Virus record (IMG/VR): IMGVR_UViG_3300043640_000065
Span: 1 to 41,897 of that record
Source of the DNA: a virus
DNA length: 41,897 nt
Direction: 5' to 3' (one strand)
Under the pieces are notes generated by a model. It was not told the origin of the DNA. It saw only the letters and a program-made list of their open reading frames with translations, and searched no databases. Positions 40,249-41,897 of the stretch are shown here, one piece after another (position 1 is the stretch's first letter; each line of letters begins with the position of its first letter). A program made the translations under genes and the position numbers.

Positions 40249-40527
40249 ATGAGTAGATGGAAGTTTACCAAGAATGAGCTAGCAGAAATCGAGGCGCTCG
40301 ACCTGAAAGCTTTTCTTGTCGGCTATGAAATACGCGTGGCGGAAATGCTAACGCAGCTTTCGAAGATCGTAGAAAACTCTTGTACTCATAAATTACCTCT
40401 GACGCAGCGGTCTTTATATATCCTGCGTCAGCTAAGTATCAACGTTGACCACTTAAACTTGATCTATCGGCGTAAGAGCATAGAATTTATGAAACAAGAG
40501 CAAAAGGAAAAAGAAAATGCTGACTGA
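40249..40527 (+). CDS. Hypothetical protein (92 aa)
   Basis: AAGGAGA SD. Confidence 0.55.
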   Translation: MSRWKFTKNELAEIEALDLKAFLVGYEIRVAEMLTQLSKIVENSCTHKLPLTQRSLYILRQLSINVDHLNLIYRRKSIEFMKQEQKEKENAD

Positions 40528-40783
40528 GCATGAAGAAAAATATCAAAAGAAATTCGTGGAAAGCGCGGAAGCTATCAAAAAAGCTATGACCGAAAGCATT
40601 CAAGAAAATCTAGATGCAGATCTGACAAGCTCCGATCAAATGGGCTGCTGCATTATCGCATTGACAATCTTGATTCAAGACCTCTCGGATACTGTAGCTA
40701 GTGGAACTGAAACAACATTCACCTTCGATCACATGATAAGAAATATCGTAGGCATGAAAAAACATTTAGATTCGGGTAAATAA
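40517..40783 (+). CDS. Hypothetical protein (88 aa)
   Basis: AAGGAAAAAG SD. 11-nt overlap upstream. Confidence 0.55.
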   Translation: MLTEHEEKYQKKFVESAEAIKKAMTESIQENLDADLTSSDQMGCCIIALTILIQDLSDTVASGTETTFTFDHMIRNIVGMKKHLDSGK

Positions 40784-41004
40784 TGGATCATTTTCGGATA
40801 AAAACGGCACACTTGCAAGCTATGCAAGCTTGGCGTCGAGCAGGCAAAAGCTTGCAAGATTACAACGCTTGCATGAGTCTGCGAATGAAAGAAGCAGCTC
40901 GGAAGCCTAAGCCGGCTTTGTCCGAAGAAATCCAAGCAGCCATGACGTTTAAGGAAAATAAACGAAAAGGCTGGAAATCAGTGATAAGGGATAAAAGATT
41001 ATGA
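40783..41004 (+). CDS. Hypothetical basic protein (73 aa)
   Basis: TAATG coupling. Confidence 0.5.
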   Translation: MDHFRIKTAHLQAMQAWRRAGKSLQDYNACMSLRMKEAARKPKPALSEEIQAAMTFKENKRKGWKSVIRDKRL

Positions 41005-41231
41005 AAATTACAGGGTTAGAAGATATTCCGGTGTATTTAGCTATCATTGCTTTTACACTTATCTTCTCTTTCTTCACTTCGAAAAGGATATTTCACGAAC
41101 TAGATATGTGTGAAATCAAGTACTCAAACAAACTCAAAAAAAGGTCAATATGGTTAATTTTCTCAAGCCTCACCTCTATAATAATTTGGTGGCGTGTCTT
41201 ACAACAGTTGCTTTCACTACTGCAATCTTAG
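41001..41231 (+). CDS. Small protein with two hydrophobic segments (76 aa)
   Basis: ATGA coupling. VYLAIIAFTLIFSFF and IWLIFSSLTSIIIWW. The 3' part overlaps the next ORF by 82 nt. Confidence 0.45.
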   Translation: MKITGLEDIPVYLAIIAFTLIFSFFTSKRIFHELDMCEIKYSNKLKKRSIWLIFSSLTSIIIWWRVLQQLLSLLQS

Positions 41232-41833
41232 TCCCTCCGCCCGTCCATGCTGCCGGGGTGAACATTGACTTAAGAGCGATCAACTTCGGGATCAAGATGG
41301 AGAAGATCGTTGAGAAGGTAAAGAAGTGCATAGATAAAGGCGAAACGAATAAAATCGTAGGCTACATGTTTGAGATCAAAGAGGAGGTGCAGCAATACAC
41401 CGGCCAAAAGATCGACATGAATAAATATATCGATCAAGTCCAACGCGAAGCGAAAGCCAAGGGACAAAAGATCGATGACGCCTATATCAAGCAAATTAAG
41501 AAATGGTTTGGAAAGACAGATAAAAAGCATAAGCATAGGGCTGTTTGGTTTGCCAATTGCGCCGAAGTTGATATTCCATATTCTACTTTTGAAGCGGACT
41601 ACAATTTCGATATGAATTTCGCTATGGCTAAGGCTGCTCACGGTGGTGACAAAGAAATCGACGTGCCTATTACTATTACGGTAGGTGTGACTTTAAGCTT
41701 GGCCGGCCTCTTTTTGATGTTCGTACCTATCCCTTTATGTCAAACTGTAGGTTGGTACGTCATGGATACAGGAATCGGAATACTAGGAAGCCATGCCCTC
41801 GGAAAATGGCAAGAATACGAAGACAAAAAATAA
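41150..41833 (+). CDS. Secreted/membrane protein (227 aa): signal-like N-terminus, Lys-rich helical centre, C-terminal double hydrophobic hairpin
   Basis: LVACLTTVAFTTAILVPPPVHAAG. C-terminal ITITVGVTLSLAGLFLMFVPIPLCQTVGWYVMDTGIGILG. Spans the circular junction. Confidence 0.55.
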   Translation: MVNFLKPHLYNNLVACLTTVAFTTAILVPPPVHAAGVNIDLRAINFGIKMEKIVEKVKKCIDKGETNKIVGYMFEIKEEVQQYTGQKIDMNKYIDQVQREAKAKGQKIDDAYIKQIKKWFGKTDKKHKHRAVWFANCAEVDIPYSTFEADYNFDMNFAMAKAAHGGDKEIDVPITITVGVTLSLAGLFLMFVPIPLCQTVGWYVMDTGIGILGSHALGKWQEYEDKK

Positions 41834-41897
41834 GGGGAAATAATGGATACACAAGTTTTTAAAATCATGATGGTATATAAAGACGGAACACAATCGC
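41771..41897. repeat. Terminal direct repeat, copy B (identical to 1..127)
   Basis: 127/127 identity with the window start. Confidence 0.97.

Larger units (their letters stand above)
1..41897. mobile_element. Complete genome of a contractile-tailed dsDNA phage (41,770 bp unique; the window closes on itself)
   Basis: Identical 127-bp ends. Full terminase-portal-head-neck-sheath-tube-baseplate-fibre set plus recombination and replication-initiation genes. ORF 41150..41833 runs into the repeat (equivalent to 1..63). Confidence 0.9.

Overview
The first and last 127 bp are identical (1..127 = 41771..41897), so the window is one closed genome of a contractile-tailed dsDNA phage with 41,770 bp of unique sequence. 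It is densely coding, with many ATGA/TAATG coupled gene junctions and strong Shine-Dalgarno sites. Layout: (i) a plus-strand early block that crosses the junction (39841..41833, 73..532); (ii) a plus-strand recombination block (638..4641) with a PD-(D/E)XK nuclease and a RecT-like annealase; (iii) one roughly 29-kb minus-strand late block (33996 down to 4680): small genes, TerS, TerL, portal, MuF-like protein, scaffold, decoration-like protein, major capsid, neck, sheath, tube, frameshifted chaperone, tape measure, baseplate, several fibres, then a glycosyltransferase and a lipoprotein; (iv) a small divergent regulatory cassette (34022..35708); (v) a minus-strand replication/regulation block (35716..39732) with a wHTH initiator, an SSB-tail-bearing protein, HNH/RHH proteins and a Cro-like HTH. 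I found no tRNA, rRNA, CRISPR array, integrase, reverse transcriptase, recognisable endolysin/holin, or DNA polymerase/helicase/primase. The most unusual points are: a 19-bp palindrome (ATGTAAA-N5-TTTACAT) present four times, exactly at the borders of the four functional blocks; a roughly 85-aa module shared by the sheath, the baseplate J protein and a head decoration-like protein; a protein with a non-canonical N-terminus carrying an SSB-like disordered tail ending in PPF; a 13-Asp-box propeller tail fibre; and a structured non-coding region next to the replication initiator gene. Family names are recalled from memory of motifs and gene order, not from searches. The host cannot be determined from this sequence.
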